64,000 nucleotides of DNA from a virus. The notes beneath the pieces are model-generated. The model made no database searches. It was not told the DNA's origin and saw only the letters and a program-made list of their open reading frames with translations. Shown here piece by piece: positions 35,571 through 42,195 of this stretch. The stretch covers positions 1-64,000 of IMG/VR virus record IMGVR_UViG_3300006046_000002; one strand, written 5' to 3'. Position 1 is the first letter of the stretch. Every line of letters starts with the position of its first letter. Made by a program: the position numbers and the translations under genes.

Positions 35571-35786
35571 CTAGGCGCGCTGACCGAGCAGCGCACGCTG
35601 ATACTTGCGCAATGCGATGACACTCTTGGCGATGACGCGCGTCGAAATGCCGAGCGTTTCCGACAACGTGATGACCGATATGCTTTCGGAAATCGTCTTC
35701 AGCGTCATGACTTCTGGGTCATCGTTGAACGCGATGAACTGGATGCCCCGATTCAGCGCTTGCTCAACCGTCTTGACCTTGTCCAT
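35571..35786 (-). CDS. Small helix-turn-helix protein (71 aa), sigma-region-4-like
   Basis: Start at MDKVKTVEQ, 8 nt after motif copy 5. The segment TLSETLGISTRVIAKSVIALRKYQ looks like an HTH. Confidence 0.5.
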   Translation of the reverse strand: MDKVKTVEQALNRGIQFIAFNDDPEVMTLKTISESISVITLSETLGISTRVIAKSVIALRKYQRALLGQRA

Positions 35787-35794
35787 GGTTCTGT

Positions 35795-35813
35795 CTCCTG
35801 TAGTAGGGTAGGT
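35795..35813 (-). promoter_or_regulatory. Promoter-like motif copy 5
   Basis: The - strand reads ACCTACCCTACTACAGGAG. It overlaps the upstream TAA stop and lies 8 nt before ATG 35786. Confidence 0.55.
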
Positions 35814-36031
35814 TAGGAAAAACGGAGATTCACGTACGGAGCCATGCCTTCCTTGTACCACTCCGGGAACTGAACCGCGTACACCCCGAAGCCGCGAACA
35901 TCGCGCCACCCGATTACGTAGAAGTATCCGAGTTTGGCGAGACGCTGAGCAGTTTTGTCCATCTGGTTGTACGTGTCCAACATGAACTCACGACGGCGCG
36001 GTGCGGCCGTATGGATTCGGCAAGCGGACAT
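35813..36031 (-). CDS. Hypothetical protein (72 aa)
   Basis: The ATG lies 8 nt downstream of motif copy 6. Confidence 0.5.
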   Translation of the reverse strand: MSACRIHTAAPRRREFMLDTYNQMDKTAQRLAKLGYFYVIGWRDVRGFGVYAVQFPEWYKEGMAPYVNLRFS

Positions 36032-36039
36032 TGTGGTGC

Positions 36040-36058
36040 CTCCTATAGTAGGGTAAGG
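36040..36058 (-). promoter_or_regulatory. Promoter-like motif copy 6
   Basis: The - strand reads CCTTACCCTACTATAGGAG(G), 8 nt before ATG 36031. Confidence 0.55.
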
Positions 36059-36067
36059 TGGAACGGC

Positions 36068-36169
36068 TTAGATCAGGTGGGACAGCACGAAGGTCAACGC
36101 GCCCAACGCCATGCCGACGATGACGGCAACACTGGCGGGCCGCTGCTGACCGAGCGGATCCTTGTACAC
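36068..36169 (-). CDS. Possible 33-aa single-pass membrane peptide
   Basis: GTG with GGAG 7 nt upstream. Translation is (M)YKDPLGQQRPASVAVIVGMALGALTFVLSHLI. Very tentative. Confidence 0.25.
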   Translation of the reverse strand: MYKDPLGQQRPASVAVIVGMALGALTFVLSHLI

Positions 36170-36230
36170 GAGACGTCTCCAGAAAGAGTGGTGCGGGGCC
36201 GACCGAAGTGCCGACCCCGCGCTCCGTTGC

Positions 36231-37796
36231 TTAGGACTTCTTGTTGGTCCAGCTGAAGTCGATGTCGAGGTCCTCGTCGCCCACGACCTTCGGCTCCTCC
36301 GGCATCCGGATCGTGTTGATCGGCTGCTCCCGCTTGCGCAGCTCCTCGATCCGCTTGCGCTCGGCCTCGAGCCGCACCTTCTCCTCCGCCTCGCGCCGCT
36401 CTGCCTCGATCTTCCGGAGCCGATCGGCGATGACCTTGACGTCCGTGAGCGGCACCCACGGCGCGTGAATGCGGATCGTGCTGGCGCGGCTCGGCGACAG
36501 ATACAACATGTCGCCCCGACCGAGCAGTCCCTCAGCACCCTTCATGTGGAGGATGACACGCGAGTCCTGCATCGACGTCACCTTGAACGCCATGCGTGCC
36601 GGGAAGTTCACCTTGATCCGGCCTGACAGGACGTCGACCGACGGACGCTGAGTTGCCGCCACCATGTGGATGCCAGTGGCGCGGGCGATCTGGCTGATTT
36701 CCGCGATGAGCCGAGTGAACTCCTTGCGGTCCTGCATCATCAGGTCACCCAACTCGTCGATCACGCAGACAATGCGCGGAAGCTTGGCCTCTGACTTCGA
36801 GCCCTCGACCACTCCGTTGTACTCCTTGATATCCCGGACTCCCTTGTACGACAGGAGGTTCAGGCGGCGCCGCATTTCACGCACCAGCTTTTCCAACATC
36901 TCCTTGGCGCGGTGCGGCGACGTGACCATCGCTTCCTTCATGTGCGGGATGCCGTTGTAGTGCATCAGCTCCACACCCTTCGGGTCAATCATGTAGAACT
37001 CCAACTCCTCCGGCGTGCACACCGTCAGCAGCGAGCTGATGATGCAGTTCAGGCTGACCGACTTGCCCGCGCCAGTGCTGCCAGCGATCAGCAGATGCGG
37101 CATCGTTGCGAGGTCGTCGATGATCGGCTCACCGAACGGATCCGTGCCCAGATTCAGCGGGAGCTCCATACCTTTGGCCTTGGCCGACCGCACCGACTGA
37201 AGCGACGCACGGAACCCAACGTTCTGGCGCTCGCTGCTTTCGTTGGAGATCTCGATACCCATGACGTCCTTGCCAGCGATGCGCCGCACCATCACGGCAT
37301 CAGCGCTGAGCGCCAGTGCCAAGTCCTCCTGCAGATTGATGAGCCGCCGGATGCGCGTGCTCTTGGCGGGCTGAAACTCGTACAACGTGATGACGGGTCC
37401 CTTGCGCACGGCCATCACCTTTCCGGGGCACCCGAAGAACGAGGCGCGCTCCTCGATGGTCTCCTTGGCCTCGCGCTGATCGGGCGTCATTTTCGTCGTG
37501 ACATCCTCTCCGGTCTCGAGATCGCGGGACACGACCGTCAGGCCTTTCGGCGCCACGAACTTCGGCATGCGCTCGGCCTTGCTCGACTTCTTGAGCTGAC
37601 CCTTGACCTTGACCTTGCTCGCCTTGCGGACTTCTGCCTTTGTCTTTTTCACTGGCTTCTTCTCCGTGGACTTGGTGGACTTCGCCTTCCCCGAACCGCC
37701 ACACTTCAGGCACTTCTTCATCGACACGCGGCCAGCCTTCTTGATGAGCGTGACGCCCATGCCAGCGCAGAACGTGCAATCGGTGGTCTTCTTCAT
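36231..37796 (-). CDS. Soluble FtsK/SpoIIIE-family ATPase with N-terminal zinc finger and Lys-rich linker
   Basis: Walker A LLIAGSTGAGKSVSLN, Walker B VCVIDELGDLMM, then ATQRPSVDVL. No N-terminal membrane helices. The N-terminus is CTFCAGMG...CLKCGGSG followed by KAKSTKSTEKKPVKKTK. Confidence 0.85.
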   Translation of the reverse strand: MKKTTDCTFCAGMGVTLIKKAGRVSMKKCLKCGGSGKAKSTKSTEKKPVKKTKAEVRKASKVKVKGQLKKSSKAERMPKFVAPKGLTVVSRDLETGEDVTTKMTPDQREAKETIEERASFFGCPGKVMAVRKGPVITLYEFQPAKSTRIRRLINLQEDLALALSADAVMVRRIAGKDVMGIEISNESSERQNVGFRASLQSVRSAKAKGMELPLNLGTDPFGEPIIDDLATMPHLLIAGSTGAGKSVSLNCIISSLLTVCTPEELEFYMIDPKGVELMHYNGIPHMKEAMVTSPHRAKEMLEKLVREMRRRLNLLSYKGVRDIKEYNGVVEGSKSEAKLPRIVCVIDELGDLMMQDRKEFTRLIAEISQIARATGIHMVAATQRPSVDVLSGRIKVNFPARMAFKVTSMQDSRVILHMKGAEGLLGRGDMLYLSPSRASTIRIHAPWVPLTDVKVIADRLRKIEAERREAEEKVRLEAERKRIEELRKREQPINTIRMPEEPKVVGDEDLDIDFSWTNKKS

Positions 37797-37806
37797 TGTT
37801 GTCGAG

Positions 37807-37825
37807 CTCCTATAGTAGGGTAGGT
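37807..37825 (-). promoter_or_regulatory. Promoter-like motif copy 7
   Basis: The - strand reads ACCTACCCTACTATAGGAG, 10 nt before the FtsK-like ATG 37796 and 1 nt after the upstream stop. Confidence 0.55.
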
Positions 37826-37826
37826 G

Positions 37827-38231
37827 TTACTTGACGTTGGGGAACAGCGAGAACATATCGACTGCCTTGATCGTCTTGCACTTGACCAGATGACCGAACG
37901 CTTTGTTCTGGACCACATCGAGCGAGTCCACGTAGAACTCGCGGCCCGTCGGAGAATTCAGCCTGAACAACCTGACGCCCATCTTGTATGACCTGAACGC
38001 ATGCTTGGCTCTGCGCTGCTGATCCGTCGGGTGATCGTAGTACGGTTTCAGCGACGTGAGCGCCACCAGCCGCATGCCATCGTCGTCCAACTTGTCCGGA
38101 TCATCAACCCAAACGATCACGCGGGTCCGGCTCTGCATTGCCTGGAACACCGCGACCAACCACTTCTCTTTCCGACCCTTGCGCACCTTGAGCAGCACGC
38201 GGTCGCCTGATTTGAAGAGTTGCCGTGTCAT
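37827..38231 (-). CDS. Hypothetical protein (134 aa)
   Basis: Start at MTRQLFKSGDRV via ATGA overlap with the upstream stop. Confidence 0.5.
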   Translation of the reverse strand: MTRQLFKSGDRVLLKVRKGRKEKWLVAVFQAMQSRTRVIVWVDDPDKLDDDGMRLVALTSLKPYYDHPTDQQRRAKHAFRSYKMGVRLFRLNSPTGREFYVDSLDVVQNKAFGHLVKCKTIKAVDMFSLFPNVK

Positions 38232-38437
38232 GACCACACCACAACCTTGCCCTGACCAACGACGTTGCGCACGATGCGGAACGCCTTGACTACTCCGTCC
38301 CACGCGCCGAGCCACACAAGGTTCTCGGCGTGCGCTGCATCCTGCGACGAGCGGATCGTACCAAAGTCGACCCAGGAACCGTCCGGACGCTGCGACTGCA
38401 GAATGTCGTACGCTTGGAACTCATACGTTGCGGCCAT
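38228..38437 (-). CDS. Hypothetical protein (69 aa)
   Basis: The ATG lies 6 nt downstream of motif copy 8. Confidence 0.5.
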   Translation of the reverse strand: MAATYEFQAYDILQSQRPDGSWVDFGTIRSSQDAAHAENLVWLGAWDGVVKAFRIVRNVVGQGKVVVWS

Positions 38438-38443
38438 TGTTGC

Positions 38444-38462
38444 CTCCTATAGTAGGGTAGGT
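38444..38462 (-). promoter_or_regulatory. Promoter-like motif copy 8
   Basis: The - strand reads ACCTACCCTACTATAGGAG(G), 6 nt before ATG 38437. Confidence 0.55.
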
Positions 38463-38523
38463 GCCGGGACTTGGGACCCGGCGTGTGCATTAGAGCGCGG
38501 TGCCGTCACGCGCTCCCCTCTGC
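38463..38523. repeat. Double-hairpin element, copy A
   Basis: Hairpin 1: GCCGGG (38463-38468), loop ACTTGGGA, CCCGGC (38477-38482). Spacer GTGTGCATTA. Hairpin 2: GAGCGCG (38493-38499), N9, CGCGCTC (38509-38515). Then CCCCTCTGC. The element fills the whole gap between the stop at 38525 and motif copy 8. Confidence 0.7.
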
Positions 38524-38524
38524 A

Positions 38525-38869
38525 TCAGCGCTTGCGGGATTTCGGTGGCAGGACCTGACCGCACTCAGCACAGTGCGGCTTCTTGGCCTCATGATCCTGC
38601 TCCATTCGCTGGATCACCTTGGAGCCCTCGATCTCGAGACGCGCCAACGTGTCTTCCATATCCTGCTCCAGCTTGCGGCGCTGAGCCGAGAGCGCCGCGA
38701 GTTGCTTGCGTAGCGCCGCCGGAATGGCGACGGGCAGGTCCTCGTACCGGAAGTTGTCCTCGACGCTGAAGTCCTGAATGTCCATCAGGGTCTGCTCTGC
38801 TTCGTCATAACCTTGCCGTCCGAGGTTCTCAGTGAAGGTGAGCAGAAACTGCGCGGTGATTTTCGACAT
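38525..38869 (-). CDS. Hypothetical coiled-coil protein with C-terminal CxxC (114 aa)
   Basis: Start taken at MSKITAQF, 7 nt after motif copy 9. The upstream in-frame extension crosses the repeat element and is rejected as coding. Confidence 0.5.
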   Translation of the reverse strand: MSKITAQFLLTFTENLGRQGYDEAEQTLMDIQDFSVEDNFRYEDLPVAIPAALRKQLAALSAQRRKLEQDMEDTLARLEIEGSKVIQRMEQDHEAKKPHCAECGQVLPPKSRKR

Positions 38870-38876
38870 GTTGCTT

Positions 38877-38894
38877 CTCCTGTAATAGGGTATG
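38877..38894 (-). promoter_or_regulatory. Promoter-like motif copy 9 (most divergent)
   Basis: The - strand reads CATACCCTATTACAGGAG, 7 nt before ATG 38869. Confidence 0.45.
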
Positions 38895-38963
38895 CGTTCG
38901 GACTTGGGACCGAACGTGTGCATTAGCGGCGCGCCACAATGGTTCAGCGCGTCGCCCCTCTGC
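38895..38963. repeat. Double-hairpin element, copy B
   Basis: Hairpin 1: CGTTCGG (38895-38901), identical loop ACTTGGGA, CCGAACG (38910-38916). Same spacer GTGTGCATTA. Hairpin 2: GCGGCGCGC (38926-38934) pairs with GCGCGTCGC (38947-38955) with one G-T pair. Then CCCCTCTGC. Confidence 0.7.
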
Positions 38964-39382
38964 TTTGCCAATTTCAATTGGTCTTGCCAACGTTTGCATT
39001 CCCGTTTCATGTTCACCAGCATCGGGCTCTCCGACTCTCTGGCCTTTTCCGGCAGCGCCACTCGCCATGCACTCTTGCCGCGCTTCGAGGTTCAGCGGCT
39101 TGTGCAACCTTGCTTGCACCTTTGCCAGTGTCCGCCTGTCACGCGGTCTTGGGTCTCGGTGTGGCACATGCATCCGTTGGTATCAGCGGTTTCAGGTTTC
39201 CGCCGTGAGAGATTTCTGTGGTAGCTTTGCGTTGGCGCTCACCGGATCCGCGCAAGCGGGACGGTTCAGCGCCGAAGGCCAATCTCTATTTGTCAAGTAG
39301 CGTTGGGCACTTCCGCCATTTTCCGCCCAACCCTTGCGGCCGCAGGGCTTCAGCCCAGCCGTCCAAGCCGCTATGTCCCGAG

Positions 39383-39412
39383 CAACCAACCAACCAAACC
39401 AACCATCCAACC
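39383..39412. repeat. CCAAC-type short direct repeats (- strand GGTTGG runs)
   Basis: The + strand reads caaccaaccaaccaaaccaaccatccaacc. The - strand reads GGTTGGATGGTTGGTTTGGTTGGTTGGTTG. Confidence 0.75.
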
Positions 39413-39445
39413 TGCCTACAATATGGTATAGGTGACAACCCCCTA

Positions 39446-39484
39446 GCAAGGGGGGCTAAGTTGTTCAATTTGAAGCACTTACGG
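39446..39484. repeat. Conserved ~40-nt element, copy X (partner at 53811-53850)
   Basis: The - strand reads CCGTAAGTGC N9 AACAACTTAGCC N4 TTGC. It lies at the upstream end of the long leader preceding the 30-39 kb gene block. Confidence 0.65.
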
Positions 39485-39560
39485 CCCCTAGCTAGGGCAA
39501 AATGGGGCTTTCGGACCGTTTCGGAGATCAACAGCACATTTGTGTGGTGAGGGGCGCACG

Positions 39561-39779
39561 CTAGATAGCACGTCTGCGCGATTTTCTGCCGCGCTTTGAT
39601 CGTGCTGTGCGGACACGTTCAGCTGACACAGTCAGTCGACGCTTCTCCGCATCATAGTGCGATTCGCCGTAGTCTCCGGCAAGCATGTTATTCCGCGCGA
39701 CCTGATACGAGAGCTTCAGGTATGACGCGACTTGCACTGGAGTCCAGCGCTCTTCGGTGGGAGGCGTTTCATCCGCCAT
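39561..39779 (-). CDS. Small HTH DNA-binding protein (excisionase/MerR-like fold)
   Basis: Start at MADETPPTEERWTPVQVASYLKLSYQVARNNML. Basic tail RSKRGRKSRRRAI. Last gene of the 39.5-53.8 kb leftward block. Confidence 0.45.
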   Translation of the reverse strand: MADETPPTEERWTPVQVASYLKLSYQVARNNMLAGDYGESHYDAEKRRLTVSAERVRTARSKRGRKSRRRAI

Positions 39780-41034
39780 GTTTTTGCTCCATCTTTTCGA
39801 TGTAGCGATCGCGCGCATCTCGGATCTCACGGGTGAGACGTCCAGTCGCCCGATCGTTGTAGATTCCGCATGGTCTATCCTCCATCAAATCAATGAACCA
39901 TTGACAGACACGGTCTGCATCGTGGTACTTCTCGAGCATCTCCCGACCATTCATGTTGATCCGTCGTGCTTTCTTCGCGGGAAGATTGATCGCGTGATTG
40001 ATCAGTCTGGCCAACTCCTTTGGCGAGACATCAACCGGGAACTCGAGATGGGTCTCTCCGGCTTCGAACATCGTAAGATCATTCTGCTCGGCCATACTTT
40101 CAGCAACCGCGAGCGGAATGCATCCGTTGTTGATGGCCTCCAGGATCGAGTAGTTGAAATGATTGCCGAGTGCCGCGTGCACTTTCGACCACGAGGTGTC
40201 CACCATGACCCGACTGGATTGGTACAATCCGCGCAATAATCGTGGTGAAACGAACCCACGATAGTCCATGCCACTCTTCTCAGCACGACGCCAGATACCC
40301 TGATAGCGTGGCTTGCACTTATCGATGCTCCGCATGTATCGACCTTCAATGCCATCGCCAGCGATTACGTTGCGAACACCATAGGGAAGATTCGGAATAG
40401 CCCGCACGACAAGATCCATGCGCTTCCATGCTTTCCACACATGTGCGCTCACGAATCGTCGTTGACGATCAGCCCACTGCGGTTGACGACGGCGATTCAG
40501 GGGCACGATCGGGCATCCCATGAACGCAATGCGCGATGGGAACATCTTGAGCGCGTTGTATCCTGCTTCCTGCGCGGCCGTGATGCCGACAATCTTATCA
40601 GCCACGGTGACCATATACGGATAGAGATCACGGAAGTGCGCGTCGTGCGTCGCGATGATTTGCGGCGGATCAATGTCGTAGAGCTTCTTCCAGTTTCCAT
40701 CCGCATCCCACTTCGGATTGGGGATCTGGTGAATGACGAGATCAAATTGCCGGGCGTAGCGACGCCACTTCTTCCGCTGCGCGTGATCGCCGTAGCTGAA
40801 GACCTGAACGCCGTACCATCCTTGTGTGACGTGAGCCTTCGCACCGATCGTGCTGTCGTACGCTCCCTGGACCGGAGTCTCTGACTTGATGAAGTACGGA
40901 TCACGCGTCGTATTGCGTAGCACGACGAACTCACATTCATGCCCGAGTCGCCTGAAGGCGCGATGCATGATCTCAACATAGTTGACGATGCCACCATAGT
41001 CCATCAAGTCAAACACCGTCTGCAGAATTCTCAT
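39769..41034 (-). CDS. GT4-family (GT-B) glycosyltransferase
   Basis: ATGA overlap start at MRILQTVFDL. The C-terminal domain has ...GNHFNYSILEAINNGCIPLAV, resembling the E..G..P motif of glycos_transf_1 enzymes. Confidence 0.7.
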   Translation of the reverse strand: MRILQTVFDLMDYGGIVNYVEIMHRAFRRLGHECEFVVLRNTTRDPYFIKSETPVQGAYDSTIGAKAHVTQGWYGVQVFSYGDHAQRKKWRRYARQFDLVIHQIPNPKWDADGNWKKLYDIDPPQIIATHDAHFRDLYPYMVTVADKIVGITAAQEAGYNALKMFPSRIAFMGCPIVPLNRRRQPQWADRQRRFVSAHVWKAWKRMDLVVRAIPNLPYGVRNVIAGDGIEGRYMRSIDKCKPRYQGIWRRAEKSGMDYRGFVSPRLLRGLYQSSRVMVDTSWSKVHAALGNHFNYSILEAINNGCIPLAVAESMAEQNDLTMFEAGETHLEFPVDVSPKELARLINHAINLPAKKARRINMNGREMLEKYHDADRVCQWFIDLMEDRPCGIYNDRATGRLTREIRDARDRYIEKMEQKHGG

Positions 41035-42188
41035 GACTTGACCCATTTCGATGTGCAACGAATCTTGTCGTGGTTGACACGGTGCTCATTCGTTCTGACC
41101 GTTCTGAGAATCTCGTGAATCAATCCGGACTCAAGCGTGATCGGCTTGAGACCGAGTGACAGGAACTGCTTGTTCTCCACGATCAGTTCATTCTCTCCTG
41201 CCTCGTTTCGTGGATTCTCGTACGCCGTGATCTGTGCTCCCGTCAGTGCAGCGACCATCACGGCGAGATCAAGCACACGATGTGTCTCGGTCATCTGATT
41301 GAAGATCTTCACTCGCTCACCGCGCTTCGGAGGATTCTCAATCGCGAGCCGGATGCATTCGACAGAATTCTGGATATGAATGAACGCGCGTGTCTGTCCT
41401 CCGGTGCCGTGCACTGTCAGCGGATGACCAATCGCCCCCTCAACGAGGAATCGATTGAGGACCGTGCCATAGTCGCCATCGTAATCGAACCGATTTACGA
41501 GTGCCGGATGCAGATTCGTCTCCGTCGTGTTCGTTCCCCAGATGATGCCCTGGTGCAGATCAGTGATGCGAAGTCGATCGTTCTTCGCATAGTACGCGAA
41601 CATCTCTGCATCGAGCACCTTCGTCATGTGATACACACTGCCCGGATTCGGCGGATACCTGAATGTCATCGGTGTATCATCGTGCAATCCGCGCATCGTC
41701 GTGTATCCTTCCGGCAATGCTTCACCCGCTGTTCCGTATCCATACACGCCCATCGTCCCTAGATGGACGAGATGAATATCGAGACCCGACTCGACGATGA
41801 CCGCGAGCAGATTATGCGTGGCATTGACATTGTTGCTCACGGTCTGCATCTTGTGCATCCATGACTTCATTGAGTATGGAGCCGCACGAATCTCAGCAAA
41901 ATGAATAATGACGTCAGGTCGCATGTACTTGATCAACGCGAGCAACTCCATCGCCTGACACGCAACATCGAGCTGATAGAAGTACATGAACTTCTTCGTC
42001 AGCGCTTGCCATGTCGCGATGCGTTCTTTGAGAGGCGAAATTGGCGTGAGCGACTGAATGTCGAGTCGTTCATCAATCCGGCGGCGCTCGAAGTTATCGA
42101 CAATCGTGACGTCATGTCCGTGTGCGGAGAGATGCAGTGCCGTTGGCCATCCGCAGAATCCGTCGCCACCGAGAATGAGAATCTTCAT
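41031..42188 (-). CDS. SQD1/Agl3-family SDR, UDP-sulfoquinovose synthase-like
   Basis: From memory of plant SQD1, colinear similarity along the whole length: ILGGDGFCGWPTALHLS, RRRIDERLDIQSLTPISPLKERIATWQ, HFAEIRAAPYSM, LGTMGVYGY (catalytic Thr context), SVYHMTK (Tyr-His...Lys), DYDGDYGTVLNRFLVEGAIGHPLTVHGTGGQTRAFIHI. Confidence 0.8.
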   Translation of the reverse strand: MKILILGGDGFCGWPTALHLSAHGHDVTIVDNFERRRIDERLDIQSLTPISPLKERIATWQALTKKFMYFYQLDVACQAMELLALIKYMRPDVIIHFAEIRAAPYSMKSWMHKMQTVSNNVNATHNLLAVIVESGLDIHLVHLGTMGVYGYGTAGEALPEGYTTMRGLHDDTPMTFRYPPNPGSVYHMTKVLDAEMFAYYAKNDRLRITDLHQGIIWGTNTTETNLHPALVNRFDYDGDYGTVLNRFLVEGAIGHPLTVHGTGGQTRAFIHIQNSVECIRLAIENPPKRGERVKIFNQMTETHRVLDLAVMVAALTGAQITAYENPRNEAGENELIVENKQFLSLGLKPITLESGLIHEILRTVRTNEHRVNHDKIRCTSKWVKS

Positions 42189-42195
42189 TGAGTGA

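Noticed and set aside
36068-36538. 156-aa Arg-rich - strand ORF, plus 36094-36459 and 36162-36626.
   Set aside because: They overlap the well-supported FtsK-like C-terminal coiled-coil coding region in other frames. GC-rich repetitive Glu/Arg codons keep those frames open. Only the last 33 codons, outside the FtsK-like gene, were kept as a very tentative peptide.
30959-38894. Whether the nine 17-19 nt repeats form a CRISPR-like array.
   Set aside because: The spacing is irregular (about 240 to 2700 nt) and the intervals are protein-coding genes. Every copy sits at a fixed distance from a start codon. There are no cas genes.
30959-38894. Reading the motif as a sigma-70 promoter, with TACTAT as the -10 box.
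   Set aside because: Five of the nine copies have TACTAC/TATTAC, losing the invariant final T. No conserved -35-like sequence lies 17 nt upstream, because that region is the end of the preceding ORF and varies.
38290-39061. The repeated peptide MHT(P/F)GPKS(R/E)(H/R)(L/I)PYYRR encoded on the - strand across both double-hairpin elements, and the N-terminal extension of ORF 38525-39061.
   Set aside because: The differences between the two copies fall in paired stem positions and preserve base pairing. In copy A the peptide frame does not continue into the downstream gene. The downstream genes have their own motif, SD and ATG.
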